Positions 37,080 to 45,477 of a DNA stretch of 64,000 bases are shown here, piece by piece. The notes beneath the pieces were generated by a model. It did not search any database. It had not been told where the DNA came from and was given only the letters and a program-made list of their open reading frames with translations. The stretch is from Gemmatimonadales bacterium (GTDB lineage: Bacteria > Krumholzibacteriota > Krumholzibacteriia > LZORAL124-64-63). The position numbers and the translations under genes were made by a program. The stretch covers positions 4,546-68,545 of the forward strand of contig JAHOYV010000005.1 of assembly GCA_019038745.1 (NCBI GenBank), given 5' to 3'. Every line of letters starts with the position of its first letter. Within the stretch, counting starts at the first letter, position 1.

Positions 37080-37457
37080 TCAGCACACTGGGCAAGGGGT
37101 AAGGAGCCGGGTAAGGGTGTCCTGGACACGTTCCTGATCAAACGGTTTGATGATGAAGTCTCTGGCTCCTGCTTTGATCGCCATCAGGACCTGATCCTTC
37201 TGGCCCAAAGCGGTGATCATGACCACCAGTGCATTGGGATCCTTTTTGATGATTGAATCGAGGGCGTCGATTCCATCCATCTTGGGCATTGTGATATCCA
37301 TGAGAACCAGGTTCGGCCGGGATCGCTGAAATTCTTCGATGGCCTCGATTCCGTTCGAGGCTTCCCCGATAACTGCCAGGCCCATGTCTTCCAGGATTTC
37401 CCTGAGCATCACCCGCATGAATTCTGCATCATCTACGATGAGGACGGTGTTGCCCAA
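37080..37457 (-). CDS. single-domain response regulator (CheY-like receiver)
   Basis: 125 aa with the acidic pocket DD (IVDDAEFMR), phospho-acceptor Asp in LVLMDITMPKMDG, a Thr in VVMITA and the Lys in IIKPF. Confidence 0.85.
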   Translation of the reverse strand: MGNTVLIVDDAEFMRVMLREILEDMGLAVIGEASNGIEAIEEFQRSRPNLVLMDITMPKMDGIDALDSIIKKDPNALVVMITALGQKDQVLMAIKAGARDFIIKPFDQERVQDTLTRLLTPCPVC

Positions 37458-37663
37458 TTTGAACCTCCACCTTTAGCCCACCTTATTCTACGCCACTTGA
37501 TAGCGTGAACAAGGCGAGTTTAGTTAAATACCGGCTGTGACGGCCGGAAAATTCTGGCACCTGCTTCCAACAATGGTGTACCATCTGTGAATCCAGGCTA
37601 TAGGTTTAATCGGAATCATCCCCTTCCACTTTAGCTCGGAATGGCCTACGAGGAGGAAAAATC

Positions 37664-39124
37664 ATGGTTGGAAAGCAAAAGAGGATCCATTGCTGCGGTA
37701 TCAGCATCTATTGTGCTGTGGCGCTGTGGTTGGGAATAGTGCTTGGAGTGGGGTTTGGCTTTTCCCGGGAGGGGCAAGCGAGCGAAAACGATCTGCCCAT
37801 GGTGGCTTCCGGGCAGGAGGACCGGCTGAGTGTGGATGTCACGGTGTACAACAGTGACCTGGCTCTGGTCAGGGAGATCCGTAGGGTGGAGTTGCCCCGT
37901 GGGGAATTCAAACTGGAATTCCAGGATGTTCCTTCTCGTATCAATCCGGTCACCATTCTGGTGGAATCCGGAGGCAAGAGTGGCTTGGAGTTGTATGAGC
38001 AAAATTATGAATTTGATTTGATGTCGCGGTTGAAAATTCTGCACAAGTACGTGGGCCGTGAGCTTTCATGGATCCAGGAGGATGGGTCCCGGATCAAGGG
38101 GATACTTCTGGGTATCAGTAACGGGCCGGTCTTTGAGGTGGACGAGGAAGTCGTATTCGAGGTCCCGGGCAGGTTGGCGTTGCCTGCGCTGCCGGATAAT
38201 CTGAGGGCGCGGCCTACTCTTATTTGGCTTGCCGATGCGGGAAAGGCGGGTCCGGAGGAGATCGAAACGACCTATCTGACCGGTGGTTTTTCCTGGCACA
38301 CCGATTATGTCCTGCAGCTGGACGAGGCCGGCGAGCGAGCCGATCTGCAAGCCTGGGTGACGGTCCAAAATCTGACTGGGGCGTCTTTCGAGGACGCCAA
38401 TCTACTGCTGGTGGCCGGGGACCTGAACAGAGTTGCTCCGGCCCCGGCCAAGATGATCGCCATGACTGATAAAATGGCCCGGGCCGGGGCTTACGAATTT
38501 CAGGAGGAGACACTCTACGATTACCATTTGTACAGTTTACAGAGAAAGACCACTCTCCTGGATCAACAGATCAAGCAAATTTCCCTGTTCGAGGCTGCAG
38601 GAATCGAAGTCCAGAAACATTATCGCCTGCGTGCGGCCGCTCGTTTGTTCCGGGGTGGGAATTTTAGCGGTGGAAATGAGAAGGTTGAGGTCAGCTACGC
38701 TTTTCGAAACCAGGAGGAAAGCGGAATGGGAATGCCCTTTCCTGCCGGGGTTTTTCGTGTCTATGGTCGGTCGGGTTCAGGCTCCAGACAGCTTTTGGGG
38801 GAGGACCGGGTAGATCACACCCCAGGTGGAGAGGAAATCGAACTCAGGGTGGGCAAGGCTTTTGACATCGTTGCCGAGCGCGTGCGCAAAGACAGCCGGC
38901 GTCTAGCAGACAACTACTTTCAGACCACCTTCGAGATAACTCTTCGCAATCACCGAAAAGATCCTGTGGTTGTTGAAGTTGCCGAACAGGTGGGTGGGTT
39001 TTGGGAGATCGTGGCGGCCAATTTGGAACACCGGAAGGTGAGTGCTTCGGAGTTGGCATTTGAGGTACCGGTTCCCGCCGAGGGCCAATTCGTTCTGACC
39101 TATACCGTCAATGTGAAATACTGA
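37664..39124 (+). CDS. DUF4140/DUF4139 (MuiA-like, TIGR02231-type) protein with N-terminal signal anchor
   Basis: 486 aa. An N-terminal hydrophobic segment is followed by a DUF4140-like start (LSVDVTVYNSDLALVREIRRVELPRGEFKLEF) and a long beta-rich C-terminal region typical of DUF4139. The domain assignment is from memory. Confidence 0.45.
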   Translation: MVGKQKRIHCCGISIYCAVALWLGIVLGVGFGFSREGQASENDLPMVASGQEDRLSVDVTVYNSDLALVREIRRVELPRGEFKLEFQDVPSRINPVTILVESGGKSGLELYEQNYEFDLMSRLKILHKYVGRELSWIQEDGSRIKGILLGISNGPVFEVDEEVVFEVPGRLALPALPDNLRARPTLIWLADAGKAGPEEIETTYLTGGFSWHTDYVLQLDEAGERADLQAWVTVQNLTGASFEDANLLLVAGDLNRVAPAPAKMIAMTDKMARAGAYEFQEETLYDYHLYSLQRKTTLLDQQIKQISLFEAAGIEVQKHYRLRAAARLFRGGNFSGGNEKVEVSYAFRNQEESGMGMPFPAGVFRVYGRSGSGSRQLLGEDRVDHTPGGEEIELRVGKAFDIVAERVRKDSRRLADNYFQTTFEITLRNHRKDPVVVEVAEQVGGFWEIVAANLEHRKVSASELAFEVPVPAEGQFVLTYTVNVKY

Positions 39125-39139
39125 GGTGCCATTATTGGG

Positions 39140-41413
39140 TTAACGGGACCTAGTGGATAAGTAGTGGCGCAATCGCTCGTCTTGAGGCCTTAGTTTCAGG
39201 GCTTTTTCGAAGGCTTTTTTTGATTTTTCCCGTTGCCCGGATTGTTCAAGGGCAATACCCAGATTAACCCAAGCCTCGAACAGGTCAGGATTTATGCGTA
39301 CTGCTCGGGCAAAGGCCTTGGTTGCCTCGCTTGGCCGTTTTTCCGACAGCAGGCAGGCGCCCAGGTTGAGGGCAGACCCGGCCAGATTCGGGTTTTCCCG
39401 CAAGGCTCCATTGAAGTATTCACGAGCCCTGGCGAACTGTTGCCTTTCCATCAGTTTATTTCCCAGGTTATGGAGCAGGGGCGGGTGGTCCGCCCTGCGC
39501 TCAAGGCCGCGCCGCAGGGTCGCTTCTTGACGATCCGGTTCCCCGGCCATTTTCCAGAGTCGGGAAATGGCCAGGCAACGGTCTGCAAAGCGGGATCCCG
39601 GAATAGATTCGCTTTCCCCGATTAGGATGTTTTCCAGGCGATCTGCTTCTTTGGCAAGCGAGAGTAGGTCTGTCTCTGCCCGATGTTCGGTTCCCGTTTT
39701 GAAAAAGAGCCAGCCTCCTTCCTCCACCAACTCCAGTCGCCATCTGTCATGGGCCAGCAGATCAGCGGTTAGTTGCTGAAAGGCCGAACCTCCGCCACCG
39801 ATCAGAACCTGCTGTGCCTTGATCCGCTCCAACTCCAACAGGGCTTTGTCGCCGCCACGACGAATTTGCCTGTATTGAGCCCAAAGGGCGGGTGGAAAGG
39901 CCTCCGTGCGTCCGTCGATGAACAAGTGGGCCTCCGCCCTGTCCAGCAGCAGGGCGGCCCCTCCCAGATTGGCGAATACTCGGTCACCACTCGTTTCACG
40001 GATTCTTTGGGCCCCGGCCATCGGGTACTGGGAAGGAGTCAGTTCGGTTCCGAATCTCCGGCTAACTCCTTCCCGGAGGTAGAAGCGGTCTGAAATAATC
40101 TGGGATCCCCACCAGGCACCGATGGCAATGGTAAGCATTGCGCCCAGGGCCAGGGGGACTACCGGGGGAAATTTTGGCAGCACCTTCCGGACAGAGCTTC
40201 CAAGGAGGCGAGAAAAGCGGGTCCCAACCGCGGCTGAAAAATAACCAGAGTGAAGAAGGCAGAAAGCCAGAGCATAAAAACCCAGGTTTCGCTGACCAAG
40301 AACTGCTGCGGTGGCGGTAATGATCAACAAGGCGATGCGCAAAAGGCTGATCCGGCCCCATGTAAACAGGATCCACAGGGCAGACCAAACAAGGCTCAGA
40401 CGGAAGGTCCAAAGGGTCCAGTGGAGGGAATTGCGGGTTTCCAAGAGGGGGGCCAACTCTGAGATGATGAGCCGCATATCCACGCTCTGGTTGGAGAATT
40501 GTCCCAAAGCCTTCAGGGGGTAAAGAAGTCCGTTGATCCCATTGGGAGTAAGAGCCAGCCCAGCCAAGGAAAGGCCAAGTACCAACAGCCAGGTCCTTAG
40601 GGAAATTCTCGATTCGGATTTGGTTTTCGCTGGAGTAGCATAGGTTCGAAAGGCGTAAATCCGGGTTTGCAGGAGGCTTAGGATTCCACCCAGTAGCCAT
40701 ATTACCGGGACAGCGGCAGCGAAGCCGTGAAACCAGGCCCAGAAGACCGTTAGCCAAAAAATTGCGCCCACATCGTGTCGAGGATTCAGGTAGCGTGACC
40801 AATGACCCTCATGTTCCGGTTGTTTTGTACCTGCATCGCCGCAAGGGGTGGGCCTCATTGCATTTTCTATCCGGCGAACGGCAATGATAAAAAACACGTA
40901 GGAAATAAGTTCCGGACGGAAAATTAACCGGGGCCAGAGCAACATCAAGCCAACCAGGAGCGGTAGGCTCCACCAAGATGCGTTCCAGCCAAGTCGGGTC
41001 CGGCTCCGTAGTAGAAGCAGCCTGCCATCTCCGAAAATCAACAGGAGAAGTATAAGGGCGGAAAAACCCGTTCTCATGAAATTCCAACCACTTACGTCAA
41101 CAGCAAGGAGGCTGTCATCCTCTCCGAGAGGACCTCCAGGTCCCAAGGGGGCAATCATTAACTGGAAGAGAAACTCGTGGTTTGTCCAAGGATGTTCAGG
41201 GGCCGAAAAGGTAAAATCAGAATTCGTCGGAGGTCCTTCACCTGACAACAGTTCCCGCCCAACCCGGTTGTGAAACCAGATATCGATATCGCTCAAGCTG
41301 TGCCAAGCAAGTAGGACACCGATGATCAAAGGGATCAGGGAGACCCCGGCCAGGATCCACACGGTCATGCGAGTCGGCAATGCGTCCGATGACGAGTGGC
41401 CTGAATTGGTCAT
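39140..41413 (-). CDS. polytopic membrane protein with C-terminal TPR repeats (O-antigen-ligase/GT-C-like N-domain)
   Basis: 757 aa. About 560 aa with at least 10 TM helices are followed by about 190 aa of TPR (LLHNLGNKLMERQQFARAREYF..., ALNLGACLL..., AWVNLGIALEQSG...). It is convergent with the DUF4139 gene (16-nt gap). Confidence 0.45.
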   Translation of the reverse strand: MTNSGHSSSDALPTRMTVWILAGVSLIPLIIGVLLAWHSLSDIDIWFHNRVGRELLSGEGPPTNSDFTFSAPEHPWTNHEFLFQLMIAPLGPGGPLGEDDSLLAVDVSGWNFMRTGFSALILLLLIFGDGRLLLLRSRTRLGWNASWWSLPLLVGLMLLWPRLIFRPELISYVFFIIAVRRIENAMRPTPCGDAGTKQPEHEGHWSRYLNPRHDVGAIFWLTVFWAWFHGFAAAVPVIWLLGGILSLLQTRIYAFRTYATPAKTKSESRISLRTWLLVLGLSLAGLALTPNGINGLLYPLKALGQFSNQSVDMRLIISELAPLLETRNSLHWTLWTFRLSLVWSALWILFTWGRISLLRIALLIITATAAVLGQRNLGFYALAFCLLHSGYFSAAVGTRFSRLLGSSVRKVLPKFPPVVPLALGAMLTIAIGAWWGSQIISDRFYLREGVSRRFGTELTPSQYPMAGAQRIRETSGDRVFANLGGAALLLDRAEAHLFIDGRTEAFPPALWAQYRQIRRGGDKALLELERIKAQQVLIGGGGSAFQQLTADLLAHDRWRLELVEEGGWLFFKTGTEHRAETDLLSLAKEADRLENILIGESESIPGSRFADRCLAISRLWKMAGEPDRQEATLRRGLERRADHPPLLHNLGNKLMERQQFARAREYFNGALRENPNLAGSALNLGACLLSEKRPSEATKAFARAVRINPDLFEAWVNLGIALEQSGQREKSKKAFEKALKLRPQDERLRHYLSTRSR

Positions 41414-41504
41414 GCAACCTCTCCCAAAGAGGATAAAAAAGTGTCTGGCGGATGTGAGTTTAGGAATGGTAACATGTAACTATTGGAATAAAAGCAAGAA
41501 TTTG

Positions 41505-41552
41505 TTTTGACAATGTGGTCGGGAAAGTCAGGTCATTTTGACAATATGTCAA
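41505..41552 (+). repeat. direct repeat TTTTGACAATrTG (2 copies, 32 bp apart) upstream of the sigma-factor gene
   Basis: TTTTGACAATGTGGTC is at 41505 and TTTTGACAATATGTCA at 41537. Both contain TTGACA. They lie 210-260 nt upstream of the sigma-70 gene in an AT-rich 350-nt intergenic region. Confidence 0.4.
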
Positions 41553-41763
41553 TTCGCGGCTGCCAAATCGAGTTAATGGATTAACAATGCCAGATGATAA
41601 ATTTGTAAAAGGTTATTTTTCAAGAGGTTTTGGTAACGGAGTGTATTGAGGAGAAAAGCGGTGAAAGTGGAACGACTCTTGTTAAAGAGGATCTCACGGA
41701 ATAGTATCTGGGGTCTCATGTTTACTTGAGCAGGCGAGACCCGGTTGGTTTGGGACCGAGGAG

Positions 41764-42798
41764 ATGTTGATGGCCGCCCAGAATAAGCTGAAGACTAAAG
41801 CCAAGGCAAAAAGCACCAAAATCAATAAAGCGATGGCACAGGCCTCGCGGGTTACCGCGGAAGCTGCGAAGGCCAAATCCAAACCCAAATCCAAACCCAA
41901 GGCCAAATCCAGGCGTAAAGGGAAGGCGCTACCCAAGGTTGTTGCTCCTGCTGCTCAATTGATGAGCAACCTGGATCTCTACTTTCAGGAAGTGAAGGCG
42001 TACAACCTTCTGACCCGGGCCGAGGAATGTGAACTTGCTCGGGGAATCCACAGCAACGACAGCGTGAGTCTGCATAAACTGGTTAAGTCCAATTTGCGTT
42101 TTGTCGTCTCCATCGCCAAGGAATACGCCCACTACGGCGTACCTCTTGAGGATCTTATCAACGAGGGAAATTTAGGTCTGCTGAAGGCTGCCCAACGGTT
42201 TGATGAAACTCGTGGCTACAAATTTATTTCCTACGCGGTGTGGTGGATTCGCCAGTCCATTCTTGCTGCCTTGGCGAATCACAGCAAGATCGTCCGGATG
42301 CCCTTGAATCGGGCTCGGGTATTGAATCAGATCAAGCGTGCCTATGGGAAATTACAGCAGAAGCTGCGCCGCAAGCCTGAGCCGGAAGAGATCGCCTCGC
42401 TGCTGGGGCTGTCAGTGGCTGAGGTGAAGGATACCCTGCCCCTGATGCAGGACAATTTCTTCCTGGACGATTTCGTCGGGAACGATGAAGACAGCACTTA
42501 TCTCGATTTCCTTGAGGACAAAAGCGGCACCGGTCCGGACACCAAGGTGATGGATGATGATCTGAACTCCAGCATCGGACGTATGCTGGGTGATTTGAAG
42601 GAGCGCGAGGCAAAGGTGTTGCGCCTTTACTACGGCTTGGGCACCGATACCGAGATGACCCTTGAAGAGATCGGGCAGATCATGGGTCTGACCCGTGAGC
42701 GGATTCGCCAGATCAAGGAAGAGGCCTTCGATAAAATTCGCTCCAGCAAGTCCTTCAGGTATATGCACGATTATTCCGAGGACAATCGAGCCAACTGA
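41764..42798 (+). CDS. RpoD-family sigma-70 factor (short form lacking region 1.1) with N-terminal Lys/Ala-rich tail
   Basis: 344 aa. Region 2 is DLINEGNLGLLKAAQRFDETRGYKFISYAVWWIRQSI and region 4 is TLEEIGQIMGLTRERIRQIKEEA. The N-terminal 60 aa form a histone-H1-like KAKAKSKPKSKPKAKSRRKGKA tail. Confidence 0.85.
   Translation: MLMAAQNKLKTKAKAKSTKINKAMAQASRVTAEAAKAKSKPKSKPKAKSRRKGKALPKVVAPAAQLMSNLDLYFQEVKAYNLLTRAEECELARGIHSNDSVSLHKLVKSNLRFVVSIAKEYAHYGVPLEDLINEGNLGLLKAAQRFDETRGYKFISYAVWWIRQSILAALANHSKIVRMPLNRARVLNQIKRAYGKLQQKLRRKPEPEEIASLLGLSVAEVKDTLPLMQDNFFLDDFVGNDEDSTYLDFLEDKSGTGPDTKVMDDDLNSSIGRMLGDLKEREAKVLRLYYGLGTDTEMTLEEIGQIMGLTRERIRQIKEEAFDKIRSSKSFRYMHDYSEDNRAN
41875..41910 (+). repeat. 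12-nt tandem repeat (AAATCCAAACCC) encoding the KSKPKSKPK tail
   Basis: AAATCC AAACCC AAATCC AAACCC AAGGCC AAATCC lies within the sigma-factor N-terminus. Confidence 0.6.
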
Positions 42799-42895
42799 GA
42801 TAGCAGTAGGATCAACGGCAAGGGCTCCGGGTTGACCGGAGCCTTTGTTTGTTGTAGGCCCGGTAAGGGCATCGTCTCGATTGGACGCAGGTCAA

Positions 42896-43561
42896 TTAGT
42901 CCGATATTTCCCGAAGATCCACGCTTCCCGAAGTTCTCTCGGTCAGATCGTTTTGGAATTTTCGCCAACAGGAATGGGGAAGCCAGATTCGCCAGGCCAC
43001 TTCCTCGGAATATTGCTCTTTCACGATGCGGCCACCGGCGAGGGTTATCTGGTGGCGAATGGTCTTTTGGAGGGTATAGGGAAAATCCAACAGGAATTCT
43101 TTTCCCAACAGGATTTTTTTCACTTCCGATGCTGCCAGGACTTCTGAAGCGGCTTGTCCGTAAGCCCTGGCTAGGCCTCCGGTGCCCAACTTGATTCCTC
43201 CGAAGTAGCGGACTACGACCACAAGCGAGTCGACCAGTTCGGACTTGCGCAAGGACGCCAGAATTGGTTTTCCCGCTGTTCCTGATGGTTCGCCTGCATC
43301 GTTGCTGTTTTCCCTGGTTTGGGGAGGGACCCCCAGCCGCCAGGCGTGGCAGACGTGTCTACTGTCATGATAACGTCGGGCTGTCTCGGCTATCCTGGCG
43401 TTTGCATCCTCCTCAGAGGCCGCCGGCCAGGCCAATGCGATGAATCTGGACCGCCGTTCCTTGAACTCCACCGTTGTTGATCCGGCCAGCGTCAGGATGC
43501 TGTCCGGAGGATCACCGGGCGTCGGTTGGGTAGGCAATTCCACGGTGAAACCATTCCGCAT
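42896..43561 (-). CDS. yigZ: IMPACT/YigZ family protein (UPF0029)
   Basis: 221 aa with NDAGEPSGTAGKPIL...VVVRYFGGIKLGTGGLARAY, the defining IMPACT-family motif block. Confidence 0.8.
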   Translation of the reverse strand: MRNGFTVELPTQPTPGDPPDSILTLAGSTTVEFKERRSRFIALAWPAASEEDANARIAETARRYHDSRHVCHAWRLGVPPQTRENSNDAGEPSGTAGKPILASLRKSELVDSLVVVVRYFGGIKLGTGGLARAYGQAASEVLAASEVKKILLGKEFLLDFPYTLQKTIRHQITLAGGRIVKEQYSEEVAWRIWLPHSCWRKFQNDLTERTSGSVDLREISD

Positions 43562-43782
43562 GAAAGATTTATAGCCAGGCTATTGAGGAATTTATTCTAC
43601 TCTGTATCAGTATCCGAACCCAGTATAATCCTCAATTCCATCCGCTTGAGGGGAAGTGACTTGTCTGTCCGGGTTTGGGTAGATGCTGGCATTCCCTTTG
43701 CATGCTTTTCGGGCGGTGAACAGTATCTTCGGCCCGGAAGGCCAAGAGTCGTATACAGCCCAAACGAAACGGGAGAGGATTT

Positions 43783-44431
43783 CGTGGCAAAAAAAACATT
43801 ACCTGGGAGAGGGACCGTTCCCTGGCAATGGATAATCGGCTGCTTGGTCTTTTCGACGGGCCTGTTTGCCGCTGAATCGTCTTGGGCGGAAACCGAGAAT
43901 GTACGGTTGTCCTTTCCTCGTTCCCACCTGGATTCTTTTGTCCAGGCTCCCGTTTTCGTCACCGGTCACGTTGCCTTGGCTGGGGGTGGAATCATGGACG
44001 GGCTTCAGTGGGGAGGGGGATCCATGTTTCTCTTCCATCCTCGTGAGTCGGGACGATTCCTGGATTTTCTCAACGGAAGAAATGCCGCTTTGGTCCTACA
44101 GGCGGAATACCATCGCGTCAATTCGGATCAGCGCATCCTTTCGGGTGGCATGATTATTCGACGCTACCTTCGCGAGTTCACGATGCCCCCTCCGCGCCTG
44201 GCCCATTTTGTGGGCCTCGGGGTCGGAGTAAGCGAAGTGGTTTTGGCCCCTCCCTACGGAAACGGTCTGGAGAAGGGGTGGGAATTTTTGGCCGAAGGGG
44301 GCCAGGAATGGACTCCCCGCAATAATTTTCTGGCCTATTGGCAACTGCAGTACCGGAGTTATCGGTACCACGGACATGATTTTTCCCATTGGTCGTTGAA
44401 ACTGGGAGTCGGTATTCCCTGGCCCTGGTGA
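43783..44431 (+). CDS. small outer-membrane beta-barrel-like protein (hypothetical)
   Basis: A GTG start gives VAKKTLPGRGTVPWQWIIGCLVFSTGLFAAESSWA (signal peptide). The C-terminus is aromatic (LKLGVGIPWPW) and the body shows alternating hydrophobic strands. The ATG at 43526 would overlap yigZ and add a non-hydrophobic leader. Confidence 0.4.
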
Positions 44432-44583
44432 CATTCTGATTCCTGGAGTGAGGGAACCTACAGACCACCAGCGGTATTCTTCCCATGACCTAATTCCTGG
44501 ATTGTCTTATATTTGAATTCGTACCCGTTCCTTTTCCGCCGGGCTCCGGCCCGGGGGACCGCTTTTCTACCAGGTGGTTCATC

Positions 44584-45411
44584 ATGATTGCCCAGACCCG
44601 AATTCTTTCCTTTCCGGTTGCCCTGGTCCGGGGTTCCGCTTTCTTCATCTTTCTTGTCCTGATGTTGGTGTTGGTTCCCCTTGCTCAAGCCCAGAACGAG
44701 TTGACTTATGAGCAGTACCGCGACTTGGCGCGGGCTTCCTACCGCATGGACCATTTGGCCGTTTTCGAACCGCTGCAGGGAGAAGAAGGAATGTACTTCG
44801 CCCTTGCCGAGCGGTTCGGGACTGTTCAGGTGATCAAGGTCGACGGGCGGGGCGGGGAGCGCGTATGGCGCAGCAACCAGCTCGATGGAATACCGGTAGA
44901 AGTGATCGCTGCCGACCTAAGCGGCGACACACTGGATGATTCCCTTATCTGTCGTACAACGACAGGCCAGGTCTACATCTGGGCGATGGAGGGTTTCACC
45001 CTGCAGTGGGAATCACTCCAGGGGGAGTACGATCAGATATCCTGCTTCACGACCGCCAACATGGACGACGACCCGGCGGGCGAGATCATCATGCTGGCCG
45101 ACCGGAAGATCGTCTACATCGACGGCGAAACCTACAGTAAGGAATTCACCGGCCTCAACGATTACAACGCCTCAATGATTCGGTGCGGTGATGTGGATGC
45201 CGACGGAAGGATGGAAATCATCCTGAACTCAGGGCAGGTCCTTGACGGAAATACTGCGGACATCGAGTGGGAGGATCAAACCTTCTACCACCGGATCGAA
45301 TTGTTGGATATCGATGCAGACGGGATCCTCGAGGTCCTGACCGAGGATGTGCAGGGGGGGCCAATGAAGGTTTTCGACGTGGATTATCGCTCGGAAGTTC
45401 GTTTCCAGTAG
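44584..45411 (+). CDS. secreted FG-GAP/VCBS-like repeat (beta-propeller) protein
   Basis: Signal peptide FFIFLVLMLVLVPLAQA. It carries repeated Ca-binding-like DxDxDG motifs (ADLSGDTLDD, ANMDDDPAGEII, GDVDADGRMEII, LDIDADGILEV). Confidence 0.5.
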   Translation: MIAQTRILSFPVALVRGSAFFIFLVLMLVLVPLAQAQNELTYEQYRDLARASYRMDHLAVFEPLQGEEGMYFALAERFGTVQVIKVDGRGGERVWRSNQLDGIPVEVIAADLSGDTLDDSLICRTTTGQVYIWAMEGFTLQWESLQGEYDQISCFTTANMDDDPAGEIIMLADRKIVYIDGETYSKEFTGLNDYNASMIRCGDVDADGRMEIILNSGQVLDGNTADIEWEDQTFYHRIELLDIDADGILEVLTEDVQGGPMKVFDVDYRSEVRFQ

Positions 45412-45477
45412 TGGGTAGGTTCCGAAATTGGGGCTGGTTGAGTTTCACCTCTGACCAGCCCCAATTTCGGAGGCACT

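Noticed and set aside
37545-37575. TGGCAC hexamer (cTGGCACctgctTCCA) upstream of the DUF4139 gene as a sigma-54 promoter
   Set aside because: The -12 element at the required spacing reads TCCA rather than TTGC/GC, so only the -24 half matches. It is likely chance.
43526-43782. ATG start at 43526 for the OMP-like ORF
   Set aside because: It would add an 85-aa non-hydrophobic leader overlapping the 3' end of yigZ on the opposite strand. The internal GTG at 43783 directly precedes a classical signal peptide.
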